A stretch of DNA of 64,000 bases from contig CALXVM010000001.1 in the NCBI GenBank assembly GCA_944392105.1, positions 110,514-174,513 on the forward strand. The letters are read 5' to 3'. The translations under genes and the position numbers were made by a program. The notes under the pieces are model-generated. The model was not told the DNA's origin. It saw nothing but the letters and a program-made list of their open reading frames with translations, and ran no database searches. The stretch is from an uncultured Clostridia bacterium (GTDB lineage Bacteria; Bacillota; Clostridia; TANB77; CAG-508). Numbering within the stretch: position 1 is the stretch's first letter; each line of letters starts with the position of its first letter. This document shows positions 29,438 through 39,126 of the stretch, in pieces.

Positions 29438-30970
29438 ATGGCTATTGAAACAGCAAAAGATAGCTTATGTGTAAATCAAGTAATATCACAGAAGACTAAT
29501 AACTTTATAATAGAGGATGATGTAATAGTACCAGATATAAAGCCAGATATTATAAATGCAGTAAGTACAAGTGGCACAGTGTGTATTTATAAAAAAGAAA
29601 TTTTAAATGGAAGAGTTAAAGTTGATGGAAAAATAGATACATATATAATGTATTTGGCAGATACAGAAGATGGATATATAAGAAGTTTAAATACAAATTT
29701 AGAATTTTCGCAAACTTTTAATATACCAGAAGCACAGGAGGGAATGAATTTAAACTTAGACTTAAATGTTAGAAGTATAGATTGTAGAGTTTTAAATGGA
29801 AGAAAAATTAATTTAAGAGCTATTGTTGATGCTAATATTTCAATATCTGCAAATGAGAATATTGACTTTATAAAACAAGTAGACAATGTAAAAGATATTC
29901 AAGTGCTAAACAAAACATTTAATGTAAACTCACTTGTGGGAAGCGGAGAAACAAAAACATATGCAAAAGATACTATTAAATTAAGCGAAACAGATAATTT
30001 AGCAGAGATAATGAAATGCAATTTTAGAATATTAAATAAAGATGTAAAAATTAGCTATAACAAGGTGTTAGTTAAGTCAGACTTAGAGGCAAAAATACTT
30101 TATTTAACAGATGACAATAGAATAAACTCAGTTGAAACTATTATACCTATAATGGGATTTATAGATATTCAAGATATAAACGAAGAAAATGTTTGTGATG
30201 TAAAATATGAGATTTGTAATGTTGTAATAGAACCAAAAAGTGTAGAAGAACATGCAATATATATAGAAGTTGAAATAAAAATTCATGGGGAAGCATATCA
30301 AAATAAGGAGTTAAATGTAATACAAGACTTATATAGTCCAAGCGCTGAACTAAACTTTACACAAAAGCAAATTCAAGCTATGCATACTAAGAAAACAATT
30401 CAAGATACATGTAGTATAAGAGATAAGCAAATAATTCCAGAAATGCATGGAGGAAAAATTTATGATGTAGATGTAGTTCCATATATAATAAAGCAAAGTG
30501 TAGCAAATAATAAAGTTTTATATGAGGGAGAGGTAAAGCTAAATTTTGTATATTCTGTAAATAATTTTTCTGGAGTAGATACAAAAGAAATTGTGTTACC
30601 ATTTAACTTTTCTATGCAAAGTGATGACATAGATGCAAACACTAATATAGATACAGGTATCGAAATTGGGCTTCAAAATTTTGTTGTAACCTCAGATGAA
30701 AGTATAGATATAAAAATAGACCTTATATTTAAAGTTTCTATGTCTAATAATTCTAAAATAAACGTAATAGATGGAGTAGAAATAGACGAGAATAAAAATA
30801 TTAACAAATATAGTATGGTTATATATTTTGTAAAACCAGGCGATAGTTTGTGGAAAATAGCTAAAAAATTTGCAAGTACTGTCTCAGCAATTGCAGAAGT
30901 AAATAATATAGAACAGATAGACAATATTTTAGTAGGTCAGCAACTATTTATTCCAAGATATAATGGATAA
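29438..30970 (+). CDS. SipL-like spore morphogenetic protein (SpoVID functional analogue): DUF3794-type repeats with a C-terminal LysM domain
   Basis: C-terminal LysM (YSMVIYFVKPGDSLWKIAKKFASTVSAIAEVNNIE...LVGQQLFIP). Located downstream of yabG-veg as in clostridial sporulation clusters. Confidence 0.6.
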   Translation: MAIETAKDSLCVNQVISQKTNNFIIEDDVIVPDIKPDIINAVSTSGTVCIYKKEILNGRVKVDGKIDTYIMYLADTEDGYIRSLNTNLEFSQTFNIPEAQEGMNLNLDLNVRSIDCRVLNGRKINLRAIVDANISISANENIDFIKQVDNVKDIQVLNKTFNVNSLVGSGETKTYAKDTIKLSETDNLAEIMKCNFRILNKDVKISYNKVLVKSDLEAKILYLTDDNRINSVETIIPIMGFIDIQDINEENVCDVKYEICNVVIEPKSVEEHAIYIEVEIKIHGEAYQNKELNVIQDLYSPSAELNFTQKQIQAMHTKKTIQDTCSIRDKQIIPEMHGGKIYDVDVVPYIIKQSVANNKVLYEGEVKLNFVYSVNNFSGVDTKEIVLPFNFSMQSDDIDANTNIDTGIEIGLQNFVVTSDESIDIKIDLIFKVSMSNNSKINVIDGVEIDENKNINKYSMVIYFVKPGDSLWKIAKKFASTVSAIAEVNNIEQIDNILVGQQLFIPRYNG

Positions 30971-31670
30971 AAATGATACAAAAATTTATACTAGACATAG
31001 AATTAAGTTGCCAAAGATAAAAGATAGCAAAAACAAAAGAAAAATTGTAAAAATTTTAATAATACTAGTAATTGCTATAATTGTAGCAAGAACGGTACTT
31101 CTTAGTGTAACTCCAATAATTGAGGAGAGATGTAAAACAACTGCAAAATCTATTGCTACAAAAATATCTAATGAACAAGCGACAATAGTAATGTCAAATT
31201 ATACATATGAGGATTTAATAAATATAATAAAAGATGAAAATGGAAATATAAAAATGATAGGAACAAATATAATTTCTGTAAATGAAATAATATCCGACAT
31301 ACCAATAAAAATACAAGAAGAATTAGAAAAGAGTGAAAACAACAATTTTAATATAAGACTTGGGAGCTTTTTTGGAAGTAAGCTCTTTTCTGGAATGGGA
31401 CCTAACATAAATATAAAAATACAATTAGATGGTTCAGTAGAGACTGATTTAAAATCTGAATTTACTTCACAGGGAATAAACCAGACACTACATAGAATAT
31501 ATTTAGACGTTGTTTGTAAAGTAAGTATTCTTACACCTTTTCAAGTAATAAGTGAAGAAATAAAAAATCAAGTATTGCTAGTTGAAGGAATAATCGCAGG
31601 AGAAATTCCAGATAGTTATTATAATTTAGAGGGGTTAGAAAGCAGAGATGCTATAGAGATAATAAATTAA
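30963..31670 (+). CDS. yunB: Sporulation protein YunB
   Basis: TM anchor and YunB-like core (...RLGSFFGSKLFSGMGPNINIKIQLDGSVETDL...). Overlaps sipL by 8 nt. Confidence 0.65.
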   Translation: MDKNDTKIYTRHRIKLPKIKDSKNKRKIVKILIILVIAIIVARTVLLSVTPIIEERCKTTAKSIATKISNEQATIVMSNYTYEDLINIIKDENGNIKMIGTNIISVNEIISDIPIKIQEELEKSENNNFNIRLGSFFGSKLFSGMGPNINIKIQLDGSVETDLKSEFTSQGINQTLHRIYLDVVCKVSILTPFQVISEEIKNQVLLVEGIIAGEIPDSYYNLEGLESRDAIEIIN

Positions 31671-31729
31671 GAAATTGGGACCAGATCTAAATTTCCTTAT
31701 TGAGGAAATTTAGATCTGGTCCCAATTTC
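31671..31729. repeat. 59-bp palindromic element: 26-bp arms gaaattgggaccagatctaaatttcc around a 7-nt centre (repeat family A). It begins 1 nt after the yunB stop.
   Basis: A perfect inverted repeat seen directly in the sequence. Confidence 0.85.
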
Positions 31730-31794
31730 TCATTTACACAAATCTAACTTTATGGTAATATATTATAAGAAGAAATAAGAAAGGAATAATTTAA

Positions 31795-33648
31795 ATGACA
31801 AAGTGGAGAAAGCTCGATAACTCTGCAAAGATATTTCCTATAGATTCAGACAAAAATTTTAGTGCTGTTTATAGGATGTCAGTTTTGTTAACAGAAGATA
31901 TAAATCCTAAGATTGTAAAAGATGCAGTGAATAAAACTTTAGAAAGTTTTACTTCTTTTAAAGTATGCTTAAAAAGGGGATTTTTCTGGTATTATTTAGA
32001 GGAAAATACAAAAGAGATAATTATAGATGAGGAAAAAAATTATCCTTGTAAATATATAGATAAAAATACTAATAATGGGTATTTATTTAAGGTTACATAT
32101 TATAAAAATAAAATTAATGTTGATACATTTCACTCACTAACAGATGGAAGTAGCAGTATAGAGTTTATAAAAGCAATTGCTTACAATTACATAGATTTAG
32201 CACATCCAGATGAGACTAAAAATATTCCAGAAATGGAAGTAAAGCAAAATATTGAGGTTAATGATAAAAACACAGAAGATAGTTATATGAAAAACTATCA
32301 AAAAAGTTTAAAATCTCCAAAAGGAGGTAAAAGAGCTTACATTTTACATGGAAGAAGAATACCACTTTATGGTGTGAATGTCACACATGGTTTTATAAAT
32401 TTAAAACAAATAATAAAGAGATGTAGAAAATTAAAAGTAACTGTAACACAGTATTTTACAGCTGTTTTAATTTATGCAATATACCAAGAGTATCTTGAGA
32501 AATATAAAAATAGGAAATTAAAAAAGCCTATAAAAATATGTATACCAGTTAATTTAAAAAAGTATTTTGAGTCTACAACAATAACTAATTTCTTTTCTTA
32601 TATAAGCATTAATGCAAGTGCTAAAGAATTAGATTTGCTAGACTTTAACAAAGTGCTAGAGTTTGTGCATGATGACTTTAAGAAAAAGTTGGACAAAACA
32701 GAAATTGCAAGAACTATGATGAAAAATATAAAGCTGGGTAATAACATAGGTGTAAAACTTATACCATTATTTTTAAAAAGACCAATAGTAAAAATAAGTT
32801 ACATAGAAATAAGAAAATATAGTACAACAACGCTTTCTAATATAGGAAAGGTAAATGTACTTCCAGAATATCAAAAATATATTGATAACTTCTTATTTTT
32901 AATTGCTCCAGATAGAGGAGAAAAAATAAAATGTTCGACAATGTCATATAAAGATAATATTATTTTTACTATTACATCAATATTAAAAAATGATGGCGTA
33001 GAGAAGAAGTTTTTTGAATATTTAGAAAAAGAAAATACGACTGTACAGATAGAAACAAATGGTGTACGTGAGAATAATGAAAGCAAGTTATATCCTAAAA
33101 TAAGAAATATAAATAGAATAGATAAAGTTATGCTAATAATGACAATAATTTCATTTGTTATTGGAATAACGTCTTTAATAGTAAATCACTTTGTTACTCA
33201 GCATTTTAAATGGTCGTTATTGGTAATTGCAGGTGTTATTTATACTTGGATAACGGTAATGAACTCAATAAAAAAGAACGTAAATATTGCATCACGTGTA
33301 ATGCTTCAAGTTATATTAATAGATATATTGTGTGTTGCGTTAGATTGGATAATAGGGTATAAAGGCTGGTCATTTACTATAGCAATTCCTATAAGCATTA
33401 TAACAGCAAATGTAACAATGCTAATTTTACTAATGTGTGCTTTTAAAATATATGCTAGGTATATTATATATCAATTAATTATATTTGTGTGGAGTATGAT
33501 ACCAGCTGTATTATGTCTAATAGGATGGGTTCCGACAAATATTTTAACAATAATTGCTACACCAATAGCAGTATTTTCACTATTGCTAACGATTGTTTTG
33601 TTCGCAAAAGAAGTAAACGAAGAAATGAAAAAGAGATTTCATTTATAA
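31795..33648 (+). CDS. Putative acyltransferase (condensation / CAT / WS-DGAT-like HxxxDG motif) fused to a C-terminal polytopic membrane domain
   Basis: FHSLTDGSSS (HxxxDG) about 110 aa from the N-terminus. About six TM helices in the last 180 aa. Followed by two alpha/beta-hydrolase genes. Confidence 0.4.
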   Translation: MTKWRKLDNSAKIFPIDSDKNFSAVYRMSVLLTEDINPKIVKDAVNKTLESFTSFKVCLKRGFFWYYLEENTKEIIIDEEKNYPCKYIDKNTNNGYLFKVTYYKNKINVDTFHSLTDGSSSIEFIKAIAYNYIDLAHPDETKNIPEMEVKQNIEVNDKNTEDSYMKNYQKSLKSPKGGKRAYILHGRRIPLYGVNVTHGFINLKQIIKRCRKLKVTVTQYFTAVLIYAIYQEYLEKYKNRKLKKPIKICIPVNLKKYFESTTITNFFSYISINASAKELDLLDFNKVLEFVHDDFKKKLDKTEIARTMMKNIKLGNNIGVKLIPLFLKRPIVKISYIEIRKYSTTTLSNIGKVNVLPEYQKYIDNFLFLIAPDRGEKIKCSTMSYKDNIIFTITSILKNDGVEKKFFEYLEKENTTVQIETNGVRENNESKLYPKIRNINRIDKVMLIMTIISFVIGITSLIVNHFVTQHFKWSLLVIAGVIYTWITVMNSIKKNVNIASRVMLQVILIDILCVALDWIIGYKGWSFTIAIPISIITANVTMLILLMCAFKIYARYIIYQLIIFVWSMIPAVLCLIGWVPTNILTIIATPIAVFSLLLTIVLFAKEVNEEMKKRFHL

Positions 33649-33663
33649 TAAAAGGAGGAGAAC

Positions 33664-34554
33664 ATGGGATTTGTAAACTTAATGTTAATTGTTCTTATTT
33701 TATTAATTGTGCTTACAATGTTAGCATTAGTATATTTGTTTACAGGAAATATACAGTCAAGACCTCCTAAATCTGTGTCTAAGAGCTATAATTTAAAAGA
33801 ATATGATTACCTACATAGACAAGTATTTACTATAAAGCCAGATGTAGAAGAAAGCTCTGGAAAGGTTATTATGTATTTACATGGAGGCTCATATGTAGGT
33901 GAGCTATATAAAGAACATTGGAACTTTTTTAGAGATTTAATAAAAGATACAGGAGCAACTATTGTTGTGCCAGATTATCCATTAACACCGCAATATAGAT
34001 ATACAGATGTATTTGGAATGGTATTACCTTTATATAGAGAAATAGTTAAAAGAGTAGAAAAGGAAAACTTTATTTTAATGGGGGACTCAGCAGGAGGAGG
34101 TATAGCACTAGCTTTGGCGGAAGAAGCGGGAAAAGAAGGGCTAAATCAACCTAGTAAATTAATACTTATATCACCTTGGCTAGATGTGACAATGAAAAAT
34201 CCAAAAATAGATACAGTACAAAAACACGATAAAATGCTAAACAAAAAAGTTCTTACAGTTGCAGGAGTAGCATATGCTGGAGGAAAAGATATGGACAAGT
34301 ACTTAGTAAGTCCAATAAATGGACCATTGGACAAGCTAGAAAATGTAATAATTTATACTGGTACATATGATATTTTAAACCCAGATGTACATACATTTGA
34401 AAAATTAGCTAAAGAGAAAAATTTGAAATTAGATATAAGAGAAACAAAAGGTGCAGCACATATATGGTTAATAAAGAGATATACAGATAAAAAATATGAT
34501 GATGATAAAGCAAAAGATGCATATAATAATTTAGTAAAACTGATAAATGATTAA
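33664..34554 (+). CDS. Alpha/beta hydrolase, esterase/lipase (HSL-like family IV)
   Basis: HGGSYVG (HGG oxyanion motif) and GDSAGGG (GxSxG). Confidence 0.75.
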   Translation: MGFVNLMLIVLILLIVLTMLALVYLFTGNIQSRPPKSVSKSYNLKEYDYLHRQVFTIKPDVEESSGKVIMYLHGGSYVGELYKEHWNFFRDLIKDTGATIVVPDYPLTPQYRYTDVFGMVLPLYREIVKRVEKENFILMGDSAGGGIALALAEEAGKEGLNQPSKLILISPWLDVTMKNPKIDTVQKHDKMLNKKVLTVAGVAYAGGKDMDKYLVSPINGPLDKLENVIIYTGTYDILNPDVHTFEKLAKEKNLKLDIRETKGAAHIWLIKRYTDKKYDDDKAKDAYNNLVKLIND

Positions 34555-34760
34555 GAGAAATATACAATTTTGAGCAAATCAATAAATGTGTGATAAGAAT
34601 ATACAATAATGAGGAAACTAAGCAAAGAATATAAAAATGAAAAACAATAAATGTAAATAAAAATTAGTGAAAACGAAGATAAACATAAATAAAAGAAAAT
34701 TATAAAATGAAAGAAAGGAGTACGTATAGTGTTTATATATTCATTATACGAGAAAAATAA

Positions 34761-35741
34761 ATGAAGAAAGGTATAAAAATTTTTATGATAGTATTTTTAG
34801 TACTAATAATATTAGCAGGAATTGCATTTGTGGTAGTTGGAAATTACTTTTTTGATTTCGCTTTAAGTGCAGACTCATCAAAGGCAATGGTGTTGGATAA
34901 TAATCAAGGAAGCGACGAAGAAGATAACGCAGAAAAAACAGAAGAACAAATTAAAGAAGAAAATACAGAAAAAAGCGAATTAAATAAGTGGTTTGAAGAG
35001 ACTAAACAAGATGTTTATATTACATCTGACGATAATTTAAAGCTACATGCATATGAGTTTGTAAATTCAAATGCAACTAATATATGGACAATTGTTATAC
35101 ATGGATATGCTAGTGAAGGAAAACTAATGGCAAATTATACTAAAAAGTTTTATGATATGGGATATAATGTGCTAACTGTAGATTTAAGAGGAGCAGGAGA
35201 AAGTGAGGGAGACTACATTGGCATGGGATGGCCTGACAGACTAGATATTAAAAAATGGATAGATGAAATTGTAAATAAAAATGAAAATAGTAAGATTATA
35301 TTATTTGGCTTATCAATGGGAGCTGCGACAACAATGATGACAACAGGAGAAGAATTGCCAAACAATGTTAAAGTAGCAATAGAAGACTGTGGTTATTCAT
35401 CTGTATGGGATGAATTTGCAGGTCAATTAAAAAAATTATTTAACTTACCAACATTTCCTGCATTAAATGCTGCAGATTTTGTAACAGGAATTAGAGCAGG
35501 TTATAATTTTAAAGAGGCTTCATCTGTAGAACAAGTAAAAAAATCAAATACGCCAACATTATTTATTCATGGAGACAAAGACACATTTGTACCATTTTGG
35601 ATGTTAGATGAAGTTTATAATGCAGCAGCTTGTAAAAAAGAAAAACTTGTGGTAGAAGGGGCAGAACATGCGGAATCTTCAGAAGTAGCACCAGAGTTAT
35701 ATTGGAGTACAGTAGAAAGATTTATAAAGGAAAATTTGTAG
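34761..35741 (+). CDS. Membrane-anchored alpha/beta hydrolase (S9/S15-like esterase)
   Basis: N-terminal TM helix; nucleophile elbow GLSMGAATT; ...HGDKDTFVP. Confidence 0.7.
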   Translation: MKKGIKIFMIVFLVLIILAGIAFVVVGNYFFDFALSADSSKAMVLDNNQGSDEEDNAEKTEEQIKEENTEKSELNKWFEETKQDVYITSDDNLKLHAYEFVNSNATNIWTIVIHGYASEGKLMANYTKKFYDMGYNVLTVDLRGAGESEGDYIGMGWPDRLDIKKWIDEIVNKNENSKIILFGLSMGAATTMMTTGEELPNNVKVAIEDCGYSSVWDEFAGQLKKLFNLPTFPALNAADFVTGIRAGYNFKEASSVEQVKKSNTPTLFIHGDKDTFVPFWMLDEVYNAAACKKEKLVVEGAEHAESSEVAPELYWSTVERFIKENL

Positions 35742-35912
35742 AGAAAGTGAGTTATATTATTGATATGATGCTTTTATTAGACAGATATATAGATTATATT
35801 GAGTGTTTTCCATAAAAAATATTGATAAAAACAAACAAAATTATATGTAATAGGGTATGGTTGGAATTACAGTGCATAATAAATATTAAAAGCCAAATTA
35901 AAATTTTATACA

Positions 35913-35947
35913 AAAAAACTCGTAAGCATTTAAACTTACGAGTTTTA
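35913..35947. terminator. Bidirectional rho-independent terminator
   Basis: A-run, then actcgtaag...cttacgagt, then TTTT. Confidence 0.7.
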
Positions 35948-35970
35948 ATAATTTTTTGTAAAATTCTTGA

Positions 35971-36378
35971 TTATCTCTTGCTAAATTGTGGAGCTTTACG
36001 AGCTTTTTTAAGACCATATTTCTTTCTTTCCTTCATACGAGGATCTCTTGTTAAGAATCCTGCAACTTTTAATGTTGGTCTGTATTCTCCGTTTGCTTGT
36101 AATAAAGCTCTAGATATTCCGTGACGGATTGCACCAGCTTGACCACTAATTCCTCCACCAATAACTTTTGCAACAACATCATATTTGTCTAAAGTATTTG
36201 TAGCAACTAATGGTTGTTTTACAATTACTTTTAATGTTTCTGGTCCAAAATATTCGTTTAATTCTCTTCCATTAACTGTTATAACTCCAGTACCAGGCAT
36301 TAATCTAACTCTAGCGATAGATTTTTTTCTTCTTCCTGTACCTAAAAATACTATTTTTTCTGTTTTAGCTTTAGCCAT
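35971..36378 (-). CDS. rpsI: 30S ribosomal protein S9
   Basis: ...[14 protein letters not shown]...[19 protein letters not shown]...[17 protein letters not shown]. Confidence 0.95.
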   Translation of the reverse strand: MAKAKTEKIVFLGTGRRKKSIARVRLMPGTGVITVNGRELNEYFGPETLKVIVKQPLVATNTLDKYDVVAKVIGGGISGQAGAIRHGISRALLQANGEYRPTLKVAGFLTRDPRMKERKKYGLKKARKAPQFSKR

Positions 36379-36379
36379 T

Positions 36380-36817
36380 TTATTTTACCTCCCATACTTC
36401 AGGTTTTTGTGCTATTTGCTCATGCTCACTACCAGCATAAACTCTTAATTTTTTAGCCATTTGTCTTCCTAAACTATTATGTGGAAGCATTCCTACAACT
36501 GCATGTGTCATAACTTTTTCTGGGCTCTTATTCATCATTTCTCTAGCTGTAAGCTCTTTCATTCCACCAATGTATCCTGAAAAGTGTCTGTATACTTTTT
36601 GATCCATTTTCTTTCCAGTTAAAATAGCTTCTTTACAATTAATAATAATAACATTGTCACCAACATCCATATGAGTTGTATAAGTTGGTTTGTGTTTTCC
36701 TCTTAATAATTTTGCAGCTTCTGTAGCAACTCTACCAATTGGCTTATTTGCTGCATCAATTATATACCATTTTCTTTCAATTTCACTTTTTTTAACACTA
36801 TATGTAGTATTGTTCAT
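36380..36817 (-). CDS. rplM: 50S ribosomal protein L13
   Basis: ...[45 protein letters not shown]...; GGAGG site. Confidence 0.95.
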   Translation of the reverse strand: MNNTTYSVKKSEIERKWYIIDAANKPIGRVATEAAKLLRGKHKPTYTTHMDVGDNVIIINCKEAILTGKKMDQKVYRHFSGYIGGMKELTAREMMNKSPEKVMTHAVVGMLPHNSLGRQMAKKLRVYAGSEHEQIAQKPEVWEVK

Positions 36818-36983
36818 GGTAATCTATATCCTCCATTCAATTTTAAACTTAATTATATGAAATAAAAATAAAAACCACCGGGGAGAAGCTTTTACTTTTC
36901 TCATATTCAAATATGCTATATTATTCTATTACAAAAACAAAAAAAAGTCAAGCAAACAGCCAAAAATTATGAAAAATGTTTTA

Positions 36984-37012
36984 GTATATATTGACTTATA
37001 AATAAACAATTT
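36984..37012 (+). promoter_or_regulatory. Consensus SigA promoter (TTGACT, 17 nt, TATAAT) driving the small hydrophobic peptide gene
   Basis: TTGACT at 36984-36989; TATAAT at 37007-37012. Confidence 0.6.
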
Positions 37013-37078
37013 ATATAATTTTATATAGAAATAGGAAAAAGCAGAAGTGTGTCGCCACCAACGTAAGGAGGTGGTTGT

Positions 37079-37189
37079 ATGATAGATTTATTATTACAGT
37101 TAATCATATTACTTTTTGCTGGTTTAGTATCAGTAACTATCATTACTATTACCTTAATTATTGTGATAATACATATATTAAGTAAATAG
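37079..37189 (+). CDS. 36-aa hydrophobic peptide, candidate type I toxin of the Fst/Ldr type (MIDLLLQLIILLFAGLVSVTIITITLIIVIIHILSK)
   Basis: Perfect AAGGAGG site 7 nt upstream; its own consensus promoter; a single TM helix with a polar C-terminal tail (SK). The N-terminus resembles Fst (MKDLMSLVIAPIFVGLV). Confidence 0.5.
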   Translation: MIDLLLQLIILLFAGLVSVTIITITLIIVIIHILSK

Positions 37190-37276
37190 AAAAGAAATAC
37201 ACACTCTGCTTGGCGGTTAGAGTGTGTATTAAATACCAATTTAATCGGCGACCACTTTTGTGGCTTCCTGTTTCTA
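37185..37276 (-). ncRNA. Candidate antitoxin small RNA (about 90 nt) convergent with the small-peptide gene, driven by a minus-strand TTGACA, 16 nt, TGaTATAAT promoter and ending at a hairpin with a U-run
   Basis: On the minus strand, -35 TTGACA (plus 37305-37310) and extended -10 (plus 37283-37291). Terminator hairpin acacactct/agagtgtgt (37199-37227) is followed on the minus strand by auuucuuuucuauuu. Confidence 0.4.
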
Positions 37277-37389
37277 TATAAAATTATATCACATATTTTA
37301 CTTTTGTCAATAATCTATAACAAGAGTCATACAAACTTAATTTCCAAAAAACAGTTGACTTTTTACAAAAAATATAGTATTATAATAAA

Positions 37390-37492
37390 GTAATTTTAAG
37401 AAGAAGCAATCCACTTCTCACCTTATCTTAATGGAAAAAGGTTAGTAAATACATCAAATAAGATTTATTTTTATGTGTGGATTGGCTTTTTA
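37390..37492 (+). promoter_or_regulatory. L20 (rplT) autoregulatory leader / attenuator of the infC-rpmI-rplT operon
   Basis: Long-range pairing gcaatccac (37406-37414) with gtggattggc (37477-37486) followed by TTTTT. A TTGACT promoter lies at 37355-37360. Matches the known Firmicute L20-leader architecture. Confidence 0.5.
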
Positions 37493-37557
37493 CAAGTCAA
37501 TTTTTTTATTGCACATAAATGAAGTTGCACTTGTAACATTTTAGGAGGTGTTTTATT

Positions 37558-38073
37558 ATTAAACAAGAATTGCCAATTAATGAACAAATAAGAGCAAGCA
37601 AGGTTCAAGTAATTGATGAGCAAGGCGAAAAAAGAGGAGTAATGAGCATACATGACGCGTTAGACTTAGCTTATGACAAAAAATTAGACCTAGTTTTAGT
37701 TGCACCAAATGCAGAAATTCCAGTATGTAAAATAATGAACTATGGGAAATACAAATTTGAGCAATCTAAAAAGGAAAAAGAGGCTAAGAAAAAGCAAAAG
37801 ACTTTTGAAATAAAAGAAATTCGTATTACTCCAAACATAGAACAACACGATTTCGAATTTAAACTAAAAAATGCACAAAAATTTATAGAAGACGGCAATA
37901 AGGTTAAAATAACAGTTAGATTTAGAGGTAGAGAAATGAACTATGTAAAATTAGGAGAGCAAGTTTTAAATAAGTTCATTGAAAGACTAGCAGATATTAC
38001 AACTGTTGAGAAAAAACCTTTATTAGAAGGTAAAAATATGTTTATTATATTAGCTAAAAAAGCTGATAAGTAA
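37558..38073 (+). CDS. infC: Translation initiation factor IF-3, initiating at an AUU codon
   Basis: AGGAGGTG (37543-37550) lies 7 nt before ATT at 37558 (IKQELPINEQIRASKVQVIDEQGEK...). The ORF track placed the start at an in-frame TTG at 37570. Confidence 0.9.
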   Translation: MKQELPINEQIRASKVQVIDEQGEKRGVMSIHDALDLAYDKKLDLVLVAPNAEIPVCKIMNYGKYKFEQSKKEKEAKKKQKTFEIKEIRITPNIEQHDFEFKLKNAQKFIEDGNKVKITVRFRGREMNYVKLGEQVLNKFIERLADITTVEKKPLLEGKNMFIILAKKADK

Positions 38074-38122
38074 TATAAATTAAGTAAATTATTTACTTAC
38101 AAAATTAGAAGGAGGAATTTAT

Positions 38123-38326
38123 ATGCCAAAATTAAAGACAAATAAAGCAGCTAAGAAAAGATATTCTTATACAGCTACTGGAAAAGTTAAAAGAACTAAA
38201 TCAAATAGAAGACATCTTTTATCTAACAAATCAACAAGAGCTAGATCAAGAGGAAAAGTTCAAGATGCTTATGCAGACAAGACTTGCAAAGCAGGAATTA
38301 AAAGATTATTGCCATATGGCAACTAA
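38123..38326 (+). CDS. rpmI: 50S ribosomal protein L35
   Basis: MPKLKTNKAAKKRYSYTATGKVKRTKSNRRHL... Confidence 0.9.
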   Translation: MPKLKTNKAAKKRYSYTATGKVKRTKSNRRHLLSNKSTRARSRGKVQDAYADKTCKAGIKRLLPYGN

Positions 38327-38361
38327 TATGAAAATATGAAATGAAAGAAAGGTGAAATAGA

Positions 38362-38706
38362 ATGGCAAGAGTAAAAACAGCATTAATTACACGTAAAAAA
38401 CATAAAAAAATATTAAAAAGAGCAAAAGGTTACTATGGAGCAAAACATTACAGATTTAGAATGGCTAAACAAGCTGTTATGAAATCTGGACAATATGCTT
38501 ATGTAGGAAGAAAAGATAGAAAGAGCAATTTTAGAAAATTATGGATTGCTAGAATAAATGCTGCTGCAAGACAAAATGGATTAACATACAGCAAATTAAT
38601 TAGTGGATTAAAGAAAGCAAATATTGTTATAAATAGAAAAATGTTAGCTGAAATAGCTGTTACAGATCCAAAAGCATTTGCAGAAATAGCTAAAAAAGCA
38701 AAATAA
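38362..38706 (+). CDS. rplT: 50S ribosomal protein L20
   Basis: [30 protein letters not shown]... Confidence 0.95.
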   Translation: MARVKTALITRKKHKKILKRAKGYYGAKHYRFRMAKQAVMKSGQYAYVGRKDRKSNFRKLWIARINAAARQNGLTYSKLISGLKKANIVINRKMLAEIAVTDPKAFAEIAKKAK

Positions 38707-39126
38707 TAAGTGCTATTAGTAATTTTAGATATTAATAGTATATGTATATAAGCTTAACAATTAATTTTATAAGAAATTAAAATTTAAGCTATAAAATATT
38801 TAAAATTTTATTAAATATATAGAAAAAAGAAAGTCAATTGTTATATAATACAATTGATTTTTTTATATTATAGGAAAGTTCTATTTTTAAGTAATAGAGA
38901 ACAAAAAATAAAAAGCATAATAAAAATTGCCTCAAAAATAATTTATATGCCAAAATAATTTATATAATAAAATATTCTAAAACGTAAAATTTCTTTAAAT
39001 AATATTAGTTTGGCATTATTGCTGTAGAGTATAAAAATATAAGTTGTTACAAAATAGATTATTAAAAATAATTTAAATATTAGAGTATATTATGAAAAAT
39101 AAATAAAAAAATAAGGAGGAATACTA

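Noticed and set aside
37021-37239. 72-aa minus-strand ORF antisense to the small hydrophobic peptide gene
   Set aside because: It has no ribosome-binding site and overlaps the better-supported plus-strand peptide gene and the putative sRNA. It is more likely part of a noncoding antisense transcript than a coding region.
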